From Patescibacteria group bacterium (GTDB lineage Bacteria > Patescibacteriota > Patescibacteriia > 2-02-FULL-49-11): DNA of 64,000 nt. The notes below the pieces were generated by a model. That model had not been told where the DNA came from, made no database searches, and saw only the letters and a list, made by a program, of their open reading frames with translations. A program made the translations under genes and the position numbers. Below are positions 9,661-18,731 of this stretch, piece by piece; within the stretch, counting starts at the first letter, position 1; each line of letters opens with the position of its first letter. Where the stretch lies: NCBI GenBank assembly GCA_041645165.1, contig JBAZQN010000006.1, forward strand, positions 4,933-68,932, read 5' to 3'.

Positions 9661-10581
9661 GGTAAGCTCCCGAAATACCTCCTCAAGGCTTTTTTCTTCT
9701 TCGTATAATTCCGCAATGACCCAGCGGTGTTCAACCGCACATTGAAATACCGCTGTCCGTATATCAACGTCACGCGGGGTGAGGAGCTCAAAACGCTTAA
9801 ATTTATTTTTTTGATTCCCCTCGAACGCTTCCACGCGCGCGACGCCTCCGAGTTTCTCTAATGTTTCCCGAATCCCGCTCCCCTGTGCTTCCACGACCGT
9901 CCGCTTTTCACCGCTTGCGCGGTGTTCTAGTTCATCCACGGTGCCGTCAGCGACAATGCGGCCTTCCCGAATCACTATCACCCGTGAACAGGTCATCGCA
10001 ACTTCAGTAAGGACATGCGTGGAAAGAAGCACTGTTTTTTCCCGTCCCAAGCGTTTTATCAATTCCCTTATTTCATGCCGCTGATTCGGGTCCAACCCTT
10101 CGGTGGGTTCGTCAAAAATAAGGATATCCGGATCTCCCACGATCGCCTGCGCCAAGCCCACCCGCTGGCGAAAACCTTTTGAGAGCTCGGCAATGGGGCG
10201 GCGCCATACCTTTTCAAGGCCGGCAAGCCCAATCGCGCGTTCAACTGCACTCTTTTTGTCCGCTCCCCACATCCCATGGAGCGCTGCGGTATAGTTAAGC
10301 GCCTGCGTCACGAGCAAGTCTTCATGCAAAGGATTATTTTCAGGCAGATATCCTAAACGTTTCTTCAAAGAAAGAGGATCCTCCAATGCATTTTGGCCGT
10401 CAAAATTTATTTCACCCTTATCAGGCTCCAAGACCCCCGCGATTATCCTCATCGTGGTCGTCTTGCCGGCGCCGTTGGGACCCAAAAATCCTATCACTTC
10501 GCCCTTTGAAATGGAAAAAGTGAGCTCATCAACCGCTTTCACCTTGCCAAATGATTTGGATATTTTATCTAACGTGAGCAT
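9649..10581 (-). CDS. ABC transporter ATP-binding protein
   Basis: Walker A GPNGAGKTTTMR, signature LSKGFRQRVGLA, Walker B ILIFDEPTEGLD. Annotated start is the ATG at 10579-10581 (MLTLDKISKSF). The 9 upstream codons of the tracked ORF translate the element TIR. Confidence 0.9.
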   Translation of the reverse strand: MLTLDKISKSFGKVKAVDELTFSISKGEVIGFLGPNGAGKTTTMRIIAGVLEPDKGEINFDGQNALEDPLSLKKRLGYLPENNPLHEDLLVTQALNYTAALHGMWGADKKSAVERAIGLAGLEKVWRRPIAELSKGFRQRVGLAQAIVGDPDILIFDEPTEGLDPNQRHEIRELIKRLGREKTVLLSTHVLTEVAMTCSRVIVIREGRIVADGTVDELEHRASGEKRTVVEAQGSGIRETLEKLGGVARVEAFEGNQKNKFKRFELLTPRDVDIRTAVFQCAVEHRWVIAELYEEEKSLEEVFRELTIES

Positions 10582-10815
10582 ACCCCGTATATCAACATCC
10601 AACGCCAAACGCGGCTGGCATTGGAGAAAACCATAATATGAATGCGATCTTAGAGTATTGTATCATAACAAGATTGGAAGATAACGTTTGGCGATCGGTG
10701 AGGGAGGCTATGTAAAAATCTACCATACGTTCAATCCGCATCCAGTCGTACCTCATCTATTATTTTCTGCACAAAGGTTCCCGCCTCCCTCTTGGATGTT
10801 GTATTGCGGGGCATA
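10579..10815 (-). repeat. family A TIR element copy A1 (MITE-like, ~237 bp), abutting the start codon of the ABC ATPase gene
   Basis: TIRs are cataccccgtatatcaacatccaa ... ttggatgttgtattgcggggcata. Internal nested inverted repeats cgccaaacg/cgtttggcg and gagggagg/cctccctc. The terminal CAT (=ATG) is the gene start. Confidence 0.75.
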
Positions 10816-10875
10816 ACGCCTTATCATAGAAAACACAGCGCGGCTTTCGGCTGTGTTTCCCATCGTATTAATCTT

Positions 10876-11676
10876 TTACTTCAGCAATGGATCAATGATA
10901 TTCTTGAAATTCTCAAAAGGCACCGCGCCAGAAACGGGAATTTTTGTATCGCCTTTCACTACCACGTTATAGGGAGTGCCTGCACCGCCTGCGAGCACTG
11001 CGCCCTGCGCCTGGTCCTGCACCTTTTGCGTGTATTTTCCTGATTCAAGGCATGCAGTAAATGCTTCCTTATCCAAACCCATCTCTTGCGCGTACTCCGG
11101 CAATTTTGCCAAATCAAGCCCGTTATTAGCTGGCGTCACTTCGTAAATTTTATCAAGCAACTTCCAAAAACCGTCATTGCCGCCCAGTTCGCCTGCGCAC
11201 TCGGTTGCTTCCGCTTCCTTGGTCGCCTTGGAATGCAGGTTCACCAGAGGAAAGTGCCGATACACCCAATTCACTTTTCCATCATACTCTGCTATCACTT
11301 GCTTCAGGGTAGGGTGGAGCCGTTTGCAGAACGGGCATTCCAAATCTGAATATTCTACAATGGTTACGGGAGCATCTTTCTCCCCTCTCGTCCAGTCAGT
11401 GTCAGTCACTGCGGGAAGTCCTTCAGCGCCCGCTCTTGGGGCTGGTTCTCCCGCTTGGGGCGTGGGATTGACTTGCGCGGTAGGCGCCGCTTTTTTATCT
11501 CCATTTTTATCATCTCCGCTATCGCCTTTCAGCATTATCCCTAAGAGAATAAAAAACCCCACGACGAAAAAAAACACCAACGCGCTCCCCATTCCGAGGA
11601 AAAATGTAGTTTTCGGCTTCATGTGCGAAAACCAAGAATTGTTGGATTCGTGTTCACTATGAGTGTGTTCTGCCAT
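10876..11676 (-). CDS. DsbA-family thiol:disulfide oxidoreductase (membrane-anchored)
   Basis: 266 aa with N-terminal TM and thioredoxin-fold active site CPFC (…EYSDLECPFCKRLHP…). Confidence 0.8.
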   Translation of the reverse strand: MAEHTHSEHESNNSWFSHMKPKTTFFLGMGSALVFFFVVGFFILLGIMLKGDSGDDKNGDKKAAPTAQVNPTPQAGEPAPRAGAEGLPAVTDTDWTRGEKDAPVTIVEYSDLECPFCKRLHPTLKQVIAEYDGKVNWVYRHFPLVNLHSKATKEAEATECAGELGGNDGFWKLLDKIYEVTPANNGLDLAKLPEYAQEMGLDKEAFTACLESGKYTQKVQDQAQGAVLAGGAGTPYNVVVKGDTKIPVSGAVPFENFKNIIDPLLK

Positions 11677-11814
11677 AGACGAGCATGGTTAATATAATTT
11701 AAGTAAAAGAGAATTTCTGCGCCTATTACTCACGCAGAAGGAATATTGAAAATTATTTGGTAATCTACAGTATACAACAGAAAATCCCACATGTCCAAAA
11801 ACGCAACTCCATTC

Positions 11815-12123
11815 CTATTTCCTAAAACTAGGATAGCTCCGCATTAATTTTTGCAAACGCTTTTTATAATCACGAAATTTGTTATCAAGTTCAATTTCAT
11901 CCTCCCCGCTCAACCCTACCTCCCGATATGTCCTGTAATCTTCTTCTATCTTTAAAAACAAATCAACAGTCTCTTTCAAATATTTCTCTATTTCTATAAG
12001 CTCAATCAGCTTTCCCTCCATCAGATTAATACGCAGAATCAGATCCTGCATCATAGTCCTCAAATGGCCCTCTAACTCTTTTCGAGAGCAATCACCTCCT
12101 TCAGGCCTCTTTTCTCCATTCAT
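11815..12123 (-). CDS. hypothetical small coiled-coil protein
   Basis: 102-aa ORF immediately 3' of tkt, charged/helical. No recognisable motif. Confidence 0.3.
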   Translation of the reverse strand: MNGEKRPEGGDCSRKELEGHLRTMMQDLILRINLMEGKLIELIEIEKYLKETVDLFLKIEEDYRTYREVGLSGEDEIELDNKFRDYKKRLQKLMRSYPSFRK

Positions 12124-12126
12124 AAA

Positions 12127-14091
12127 TTATTGCCCTAAAGACCGCACCGCCTGTAGTATAGCACCTCTGTCAATTTCCTCAAAACCCAATAATTCCGCGG
12201 GCGTGCCGCTCTTCGGAGTTTTGCGCACTGCGAGTGATTTAAACGCGGCGCCAGTGCCCGCGATTGCTTCTGCCACCGCCTCTCCCAATCCCCCTTCCGG
12301 CACATGGTCTTCCACGGTAATAATCTTGCCTGTCTCTTGAGCCGCCCTTACGAGCGCCGCGCGATCGATGGGTTTTAGAGAATAACAATCTATGATTCTC
12401 AATTCAATTCCTTCTTGCGCCAAAGTATCTGCCGCGGCAAGCGCTTCAAAAAGGGTAATGCCGGCGGCAACGATAGTGCAGACGTCTCGCGCGCTTGACC
12501 TTAACGTCTTACTGCCGCCGATCGGAAACTGTTCCTCCGGACCATAAATGACAGGCGTTGCTCCGCGTGTCGTGCGGAGGTAAACAATGCCATTATAACG
12601 CACAGCTTCATGAACTAGTCTTTCCGTAGCAGGGGCATCTGACGGATAAAGCACCACTGCATCCTGCACCGCCCTAAACATGGCAATGTCCTCGAGCCCC
12701 ATCTGGCTGGGGCCGTCTTCGCCGATAGACACGCCTGCATGCGAACCCACAAACTTCACATTCGCTTTGCTGTACGATGCCATCCTGATCTGGTCAAAGG
12801 CGCGGGTAAAGAACGCCGCAAAAGTGCTGCAAAACGGGATCATACCTCGCTTCGCAAGCCCTACGGCGACACCCACCATATTCTGCTCCGCGATAAACAT
12901 TTCCACAAACTGCTGGGGGGTGCCCTTCTTCACCAATTCTGCAAAGGTGGAATTTTTCACTTCAGCGTCCACCGCCACCACCCGCGGATCCTCACGCGCC
13001 AGTTTCTCCAACGCTTCCCCATACGCTTTCCGCGTCGCGATCAAGTCTCCCTTCTTGTACTCGGTATTAGGTATTACGTATTTCGTATTATGCACTTGAT
13101 CGCTCGCCCCCTGATACCTACTACCTGATACCTGATACGAAACGTCTGGCATTGCAACTGTCCCTCTTAATCGAGTATCAATTTCTCTCAACTCCCCTAA
13201 TGCTTTTTCATATTCTTCAACAGAGAGCGCTTTGCCATGCCACCCTTCCTTATTCTCCATGCACGACACACCCTTCCCCTTTAGGGTCTTTGCGATAATC
13301 ATGGTTGGTTTATCTTGTGTACCCTTAGCCTTGCGATAGGCAGAGAGTATCTCATCAGTATTATGGCCATCCACTATAATCGTTTCCCAGCCAAATGCGG
13401 CGACCCTTCGGGCATACGCGTCCACATCGTGGCCCGCCATAGTCTCTCCGCTCTGCCCCAAACGGTTCACGTCTATAATACCGACTAAATTATCCAGTTT
13501 TTCATGCCCCGCCCACATGATTGCCTCCCACACCGAACCTTCTGCCATTTCGCTGTCTCCGAGAAGCACATACACGCGTGAAACACACCCCTCCTCACTC
13601 CGTTCGGTACCCCTCTCAAGAGGGGAATTACCCGAAGTCCCCTCCTGCGGAGGGGTGTCCCGCCATTGAGGGACGGGGTGGGTAAACCGCTTCAATGCGA
13701 GCGCCATGCCTGCACCTACTGACAGCCCCTGTCCGAGCGAACCAGTCGCCACTTCCGTATAGCGAAACGTCGGCATAGGATGCCCTTCCAGGGGTGAATT
13801 AAATTTTCGCAATGATAAAAGCTCATCTTCGTTTACCGCTCCCGCAGCCGCATAGAGCGCATACAACAAGGGAGCAGCATGCCCTTTAGAAAAAATCACT
13901 CGGTCATTCAAAGGATATTCCGGATGGTCAAGGTCAAAACGCAAAATGCCGCCAAAGAAAAGTACTGTCATGAGATCGGTCGCGGAGAGCGAAGAGCTCG
14001 GATGACCAGACCCTGCCGCGGTCGTCGCGCGAAGGATAAAATAGCGCACCAGCTGCGCGAGATTTTCAAGAGTTTCTTTCGTGGTTTGCAT
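12127..14091 (-). CDS. tkt: transketolase (single-chain short form)
   Basis: GHPSSSLSATDLM...SKGHAAPLLYA (TPP-binding N-domain), plus pyrimidine-binding and C-terminal domains. Contains an extra ~30-aa loop (HPVPQWRDTPPQEGTSGNSPLERGTERSEEGCVS) encoded by a palindromic insert. Confidence 0.9.
   Translation of the reverse strand: MQTTKETLENLAQLVRYFILRATTAAGSGHPSSSLSATDLMTVLFFGGILRFDLDHPEYPLNDRVIFSKGHAAPLLYALYAAAGAVNEDELLSLRKFNSPLEGHPMPTFRYTEVATGSLGQGLSVGAGMALALKRFTHPVPQWRDTPPQEGTSGNSPLERGTERSEEGCVSRVYVLLGDSEMAEGSVWEAIMWAGHEKLDNLVGIIDVNRLGQSGETMAGHDVDAYARRVAAFGWETIIVDGHNTDEILSAYRKAKGTQDKPTMIIAKTLKGKGVSCMENKEGWHGKALSVEEYEKALGELREIDTRLRGTVAMPDVSYQVSGSRYQGASDQVHNTKYVIPNTEYKKGDLIATRKAYGEALEKLAREDPRVVAVDAEVKNSTFAELVKKGTPQQFVEMFIAEQNMVGVAVGLAKRGMIPFCSTFAAFFTRAFDQIRMASYSKANVKFVGSHAGVSIGEDGPSQMGLEDIAMFRAVQDAVVLYPSDAPATERLVHEAVRYNGIVYLRTTRGATPVIYGPEEQFPIGGSKTLRSSARDVCTIVAAGITLFEALAAADTLAQEGIELRIIDCYSLKPIDRAALVRAAQETGKIITVEDHVPEGGLGEAVAEAIAGTGAAFKSLAVRKTPKSGTPAELLGFEEIDRGAILQAVRSLGQ
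13575..13680. repeat. in-frame GC-rich triple-hairpin insertion inside tkt
   Basis: Three hairpins: cccctctcaagagggg, cccctcctgcggagggg, gtcccgccattgagggac. Lies between the conserved GQGLSVGAGMALA and RVYVLLGD motifs. Confidence 0.6.
14041..14091. repeat. direct repeat: tkt 5' end (copy 1, functional start)
   Basis: tagcgcaccagctgcgcgagattttcaagagtttctttcgtggtttgcat, ~90% identical to 16950-17000. Confidence 0.75.
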
Positions 14092-14219
14092 ATTTTTTAT
14101 TGAGTACTTATTTAACCAAATCCAAACCTATTTTAAACGGTACTGATAACGTGCCTTGCTCCCCGATAGCCCAAATGCTCGAACGATGCGGACAAAGAAA
14201 GGCGCTCTGAAGTTGAATG

Positions 14220-14984
14220 TTAAAAATTTCCAAAAATCATTATACACCGTGAGCTTTTATTTTGGTCGAACTTTTTATGAACGTTAAAATCACCCAAGAG
14301 TTTCTTTAATTTCCATCTCTTCCCTAATAAACTCTTAACTTCCTTCACCGTGAGATATTGCTGCGTCTCAGTGTCTTGGATTACACGCCTCTCTCCAGTC
14401 TTTTTATTAGTAATTGTGTAAACGTAACTTGATTCACGAATCCTATTTTGATTAATAATCCAATCTCTGGTCACCGTTAACTGGTATTGCTTATTATTTA
14501 CTGGAGCATAGGTCTTGTGAAATTCTCTCATCGTTATATAACGATAGAAATTCGCTTCTTCTAATATGATTACTTGTTTTATGTGGCTTTTTAACCAATG
14601 AAAAAAATGTTTGCGCCCCTTTGCGTTCAGAATGTAAGGAAATGTGGACCACATACAAATCGCTGCATCATAATTTTTTTGAAGCGCTATGGTCTCAAAA
14701 GTTCCCTGTGCGGTCTTTAATTGGATATACCCTTTTTTCGCTTGAAGCAGCGCATTCTTCGACTGGTCAAATATAGTTACATCGTACCCTTGAGAAGCAA
14801 GGATCTTAGAATGCATGCCCACCCCGCCACCGAGATCGATAATGGTCTTAACCTTTCCCCCAAAAGTTCCCACAACTCCTAAAATAAATTCCGTCTCGTC
14901 TTTCTCTGCTCCTTTCCGTTCCTCTAAACTTTCACGAAAAAGTGGGTAAAGGTTGGTAAGTCTTTCGTACATCAACGTTTTCAT
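14220..14984 (-). CDS. class I SAM-dependent methyltransferase
   Basis: Motif I IIDLGGGVGMHS and acidic loop DVTIFDQS. Located in the AT-rich island. Confidence 0.7.
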   Translation of the reverse strand: MKTLMYERLTNLYPLFRESLEERKGAEKDETEFILGVVGTFGGKVKTIIDLGGGVGMHSKILASQGYDVTIFDQSKNALLQAKKGYIQLKTAQGTFETIALQKNYDAAICMWSTFPYILNAKGRKHFFHWLKSHIKQVIILEEANFYRYITMREFHKTYAPVNNKQYQLTVTRDWIINQNRIRESSYVYTITNKKTGERRVIQDTETQQYLTVKEVKSLLGKRWKLKKLLGDFNVHKKFDQNKSSRCIMIFGNF

Positions 14985-15769
14985 ACTGACCTTTTTTTAC
15001 TTAAAACTTGGACTATCTCTTTATGATTCAATGAATTGGCCGCGACATAACTGGGCTGATATAGATCAACTCTTTGACCCTTAAAATTGGTCACTTTCCC
15101 TCCCGCCTCTCGGACAATAAGGCTTCCGGCAGCCCAATCCCATGGTTTATCTACACGATCAATACATCCATCAATTCTTCCCAACGCGAGATAAGCGAGT
15201 ACCGTACATGCTGAATTAAAAATTCTCACCTCTCTCGTTTTGCCAACAAACCGATAGAGGATGCCGACATCTGCCCTATTAAAGTATGTTTCAGACGCAA
15301 GTATCGAATCTTTCAAGAGCCTGCGAGAAACTGAAAGTCTCCTTTTGCCCGCATAGGCACCGTGACCTTTGACCGCACTTAAGAGGAGATTTTCGCTAGG
15401 GAGATAGAGTACGCCGAGTATAATCTCGCCATTCATCTCTAACCCTATGGAAACGGAAAAAAGAGGGATTCCTCGTGCATAATTCGGGGTACCGTCAAGT
15501 GGGTCAATAATCCATTTATAGCCTCTTGTTAGAGAATATGCGGATGAAGACTCCTCCGCGAGGACAGTAAAATCTGGGGTCTCCTTTTTTAGATGCTCAA
15601 GGATAATTTTTTCACTTTTTATGTCTGCTTCCGTCACCCACGTTTCATCGTTTTTTCTATGAACCTGGATGGCGTCGTTTCGAAATTGTTTCATGAGGTA
15701 GTGACCAGCTTTCTCTGCTGCTGTCGAGGCTATCTTTAAACAAAAACCTAAATTCCCTTTACTATTCAT
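14981..15769 (-). CDS. inositol monophosphatase-family phosphatase (SuhB/HisN-like)
   Basis: IMPase motifs WIIDPLDGTPNY and …WDWAAG…. Confidence 0.8.
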   Translation of the reverse strand: MNSKGNLGFCLKIASTAAEKAGHYLMKQFRNDAIQVHRKNDETWVTEADIKSEKIILEHLKKETPDFTVLAEESSSAYSLTRGYKWIIDPLDGTPNYARGIPLFSVSIGLEMNGEIILGVLYLPSENLLLSAVKGHGAYAGKRRLSVSRRLLKDSILASETYFNRADVGILYRFVGKTREVRIFNSACTVLAYLALGRIDGCIDRVDKPWDWAAGSLIVREAGGKVTNFKGQRVDLYQPSYVAANSLNHKEIVQVLSKKRSV

Positions 15770-15771
15770 AT

Positions 15772-16908
15772 CTATCCCAAAATACCTTTAATGGCATGTA
15801 ACACCCTGTTATTCGATTCCTGATCCAAAACAGTGATGCGCACAAAATGATTATGGAATTGCTTACTCATTGAATCGCAGTTCCTGATATACACACCCTT
15901 ATCTTTAAGCTTCTCGATTAACAGAGAGGCGGATATCTTTTTAAGCTGGCAAAGAATAAAATTGGTGACTGATGGAAAAGTCACTAATCCCGGGAGCTTG
16001 GCTAACTCTCTAAACAATAATTTTTCAAGTTTATGTGTTTTTTCTATTTTTTTGGCATAATATTTCCAATTTGAAATAGCAGCTATTGCCGCCATCTGAC
16101 CTGGCAGGCTAACCGACCACGGTGGAATACGCAAAATAAGGCTTTTTGTGATACTTGCATTTGCGATAAGATACCCCACACGCAATCCCGAGAGAGCATA
16201 AATCTTTGACATAGATTTCAATATGCACAGATTAGGATGCTGATCCACTAAAGTCTCACATGATTCATGATGTCCTACATATTCGATATATGTTTCATCA
16301 ACTATAATCATAGTATTTTTGGGAACAGCGGCAATAAACTCTTGCACTTGTGCACGAGTCATATAGGTACCTGCCGGGCTATTAGGATTTACTATAACAA
16401 CTACCTTCGGTTTGTGCTGAATAACATCTTTGATTAGCTGGCTAAGGGAAACTTGAAAATTATTTTCTGGTTTTAAAGCATGAGAAACGATTTTACAACC
16501 TACTACCTTCTCCATTACGTGCAGGTACTCTCCATACATGGGATCAATAATCATGGCGAGATCCTTTTGCGTAAAAAGAATTTCTAAGAGCAAAAAAATT
16601 AATTGGGACGAACCTGTTCCGCATGAGATTAACCTTTCGGGGACCTCTCTAGTTTGTGATATGGTTTTTATGAGAGATTGCGGTCGCGCGGGCGGACTTG
16701 TATGAATAATGTGCTCTAGATGCTTTCTAAGCACCTGACTAACTGCGGGGGCAGGCGGATACCATGCATCAAGAACATCAGCGGGTATTATAGTATGACC
16801 AAGCTCAGAAATTCGACTAAAATCATACTTAAACTTTTCCCAAAAGCTTCCGCCATGAAATGCCGCGACATCAATTTGCCCTTTTCTCATTTTGCCGGTA
16901 TTACTCAT
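15772..16908 (-). CDS. class I/II PLP-dependent aminotransferase (HisC/CobD-like)
   Basis: 378 aa with PLP-lysine context SMSKIYALSGLRVGY and N-terminal fold-type I. Confidence 0.75.
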   Translation of the reverse strand: MSNTGKMRKGQIDVAAFHGGSFWEKFKYDFSRISELGHTIIPADVLDAWYPPAPAVSQVLRKHLEHIIHTSPPARPQSLIKTISQTREVPERLISCGTGSSQLIFLLLEILFTQKDLAMIIDPMYGEYLHVMEKVVGCKIVSHALKPENNFQVSLSQLIKDVIQHKPKVVVIVNPNSPAGTYMTRAQVQEFIAAVPKNTMIIVDETYIEYVGHHESCETLVDQHPNLCILKSMSKIYALSGLRVGYLIANASITKSLILRIPPWSVSLPGQMAAIAAISNWKYYAKKIEKTHKLEKLLFRELAKLPGLVTFPSVTNFILCQLKKISASLLIEKLKDKGVYIRNCDSMSKQFHNHFVRITVLDQESNNRVLHAIKGILG

Positions 16909-16949
16909 AAACTCTCAGCATAACAGCAGACAAAACGTCTTATGATTTA

Positions 16950-17000
16950 GTAGCGCACCATCTGCGCGAGATTTTCAAGAGTTTCTTTCGATGCTTGCAT
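16950..17000. repeat. direct repeat: displaced duplicate of tkt 5' end (encodes MQASKETLENLAQMVRY)
   Basis: tagcgcaccatctgcgcgagattttcaagagtttctttcgatgcttgcat. Bounds a ~2.86-kb AT-rich island together with 14041-14091. Confidence 0.75.
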
Positions 17001-17029
17001 ACAATATTATGGTGCAGTATTCTAAAGAT

Positions 17030-17110
17030 AGTCCGAACCGCTTTCGCCGCCTGCGGCGGCGAGGAAGTCCCCCCGCGAAAATTCGGAATGGCGGCGGAGC
17101 CGCACCGCTG
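17030..17110. repeat. GC-rich element related to family F
   Basis: Shares tttcgccgc, gcgagga, cccgcgaa and ggcggc with 5296-5402. Confidence 0.35.
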
Positions 17111-17153
17111 ACAATTTCAAGTTTTTCTTTGGCGGTATTTAATTATAACACAT

Positions 17154-17858
17154 TCAGAATTTTTTGAATTTCAGGCCCATAAAAAATTCGTAGAAAGGTC
17201 CTGCTACCATTCCAACACCAAATGCCCATAATAATTCTTCAATCGGAATACCTGAAATAAAAATATGGCTTAGGTTTGGAAGTAGCCACCATTTGTGTAT
17301 AACCCCCGGAAACAATGCAAGAAAAATTAGATAACCGAATAAAGTTAAGAGGCCCACCAACAGGCCACTTGCAAGCGCGTCAAAAAATAGGTCTCGTCTA
17401 AAATAAATCATAAAAGCACTTAAAATTCCAAAACTGACTAGGGCCGCATAAATCGAGTTAATCCCGAAATATACTGGAAGACCAAAAACTAAAAAGAAAA
17501 GTGCAAAGAAAGGAATGAGAAACCAAGTCCAATGATGTCTTCTATCTCTTCTTTTGCAAAAATGCTTACCAAAAACTTCCTCGTAAATCACATTAGCTAT
17601 GCCACCGAGAAAAAAACCATACAGAAAATCTTCAATACCTCCTAGTCGCCAATTTTTTAAAAAAGAAGAGTGTATATATTCTGGTCTCCAGTAATCTGCC
17701 AAAAACCATGGAGCCCATAAAATAGCAAGAATCCCGACACAGAAACTAGCAACTAAAATTTCTTTCCTACAATCCTTACGATGAATGAAAAAATATAACC
17801 AAAGTGGTAATGCTACAAGGTTTCCCAAAAGATATGCGTATTGAAAGTCATTAAACAT
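17154..17858 (-). CDS. hypothetical polytopic membrane protein
   Basis: 234 aa with ~7 hydrophobic helices. AT-rich. Confidence 0.45.
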   Translation of the reverse strand: MFNDFQYAYLLGNLVALPLWLYFFIHRKDCRKEILVASFCVGILAILWAPWFLADYWRPEYIHSSFLKNWRLGGIEDFLYGFFLGGIANVIYEEVFGKHFCKRRDRRHHWTWFLIPFFALFFLVFGLPVYFGINSIYAALVSFGILSAFMIYFRRDLFFDALASGLLVGLLTLFGYLIFLALFPGVIHKWWLLPNLSHIFISGIPIEELLWAFGVGMVAGPFYEFFMGLKFKKF

Positions 17859-17983
17859 GCATGATTAAAAAATTTTCTTCCCCCAAAATGCGAAATCGTG
17901 AATTCGTTTTTACCCCCAAAATTGAATACAAATTAGTCGCCGAGCGAAGCGAGGCGAGCCTTTCAAACTTGCAATTTCCTACG

Positions 17984-18059
17984 TGGTGCGCCCAGCAGGG
18001 ATCGAACCTGCGACCGTTGGCTTAAAAGGCCACTGCTCTACCAACTGAGCTATGGGCGC
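17984..18059 (-). tRNA. tRNA-Lys (anticodon UUU)
   Basis: GCGCCCATAGCTCAGTTGGTAGAGCAGTGGCCTTTTAAGCCAACGGTCGCAGGTTCGATCCCTGCTGGGCGCACCA. Cloverleaf with anticodon loop CUUUUAA; CCA is encoded. Confidence 0.85.
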
Positions 18060-18302
18060 GAAGTATATCCAAACTATACGAGATTATTGCATAATAATCA
18101 ACTGCAACGGCATTAAAAGGTGGACTCCCTGTGGAAAGAAGGTTAATAGAAGAGCCTTGGGCGCCTTGCAAAAATAACTTCCCACTTAGGGTACAGAATC
18201 GTGCCTTGCTGGTAACCATACATTATGGACATTCATATAAGTTATTTTTTCAGGCGCCCTTGTAATCCTGCCGCATGGCAAGGTACAATACCATAGCAGT
18301 AA

Positions 18303-18405
18303 TGAAATTCGAAATACTAAATCCGAAATCCTAAACCGTTTTGGATTTTGGTAATTGGAATTTTGGGTTTGTTTAGGATTTAGAGTTTAGGATTTAGGAT
18401 TTTCA
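18303..18405. repeat. low-complexity palindromic spacer (family E; AAATCCTAAA.../...TTTAGGATTT arms)
   Basis: gaaatactaaatccgaaatcctaaaccgttttggattttgg...gtttaggatttagagtttaggatttagg. Confidence 0.6.
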
Positions 18406-18411
18406 TTAAGG

Positions 18412-18731
18412 TATGCCCAGTTATACAACTTCCCATATGTTCTTCTATATCTATGTATTGGAGAGTCTGCAGGATAACGAGAGATACGTAGGATATACTC
18501 ATAATCTGAGAAAACGATTAGAAGAACATAATAAGGGTAAGAATTTTGCCACAAAGTTTAGATTACCATTTAAACTCATTTACTTCGAAGGATGTTTTAA
18601 TCAAAACGACGCCAAACGCCGTGAACATTATCTGAAAGGAACCCAAGGTCGAAGGTTCTTAGGACTGCGGCTTCAGGAATACACTCGCAGTCAACCAGCG
18701 TTTGGCGTGGGAAGTTGATATACTGGGTATG
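18412..18731 (+). mobile_element. family A element, long copy A5 carrying a GIY-YIG nuclease ORF (candidate autonomous element), abutting the dnaB start
   Basis: Left end (g)tatgcccagttatacaacttccca matches the far TIR of A1–A4. Right end cgtttggcgtgggaagttgatatactgggtATG matches the near TIR. Flanked by ATG at 18413-18415 and 18729-18731. Confidence 0.7.
18413..18718 (+). CDS. small GIY-YIG nuclease family protein (COG2827/UPF0213-like)
   Basis: …FFYIYVLESLQDNERYVGYTHNLRKRLEEHNKGKNFATKFRLPFKLIYFEGC…AKRREHYLK. Has the GIY…YIG, R and E(H)N signature. Alternative start at ATG 18437. Confidence 0.7.
   Translation: MPSYTTSHMFFYIYVLESLQDNERYVGYTHNLRKRLEEHNKGKNFATKFRLPFKLIYFEGCFNQNDAKRREHYLKGTQGRRFLGLRLQEYTRSQPAFGVGS

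Noticed and set aside
18022-18219. 65-aa minus-strand ORF.
   Set aside because: Overlaps the tRNA-Lys gene, so it is spurious.
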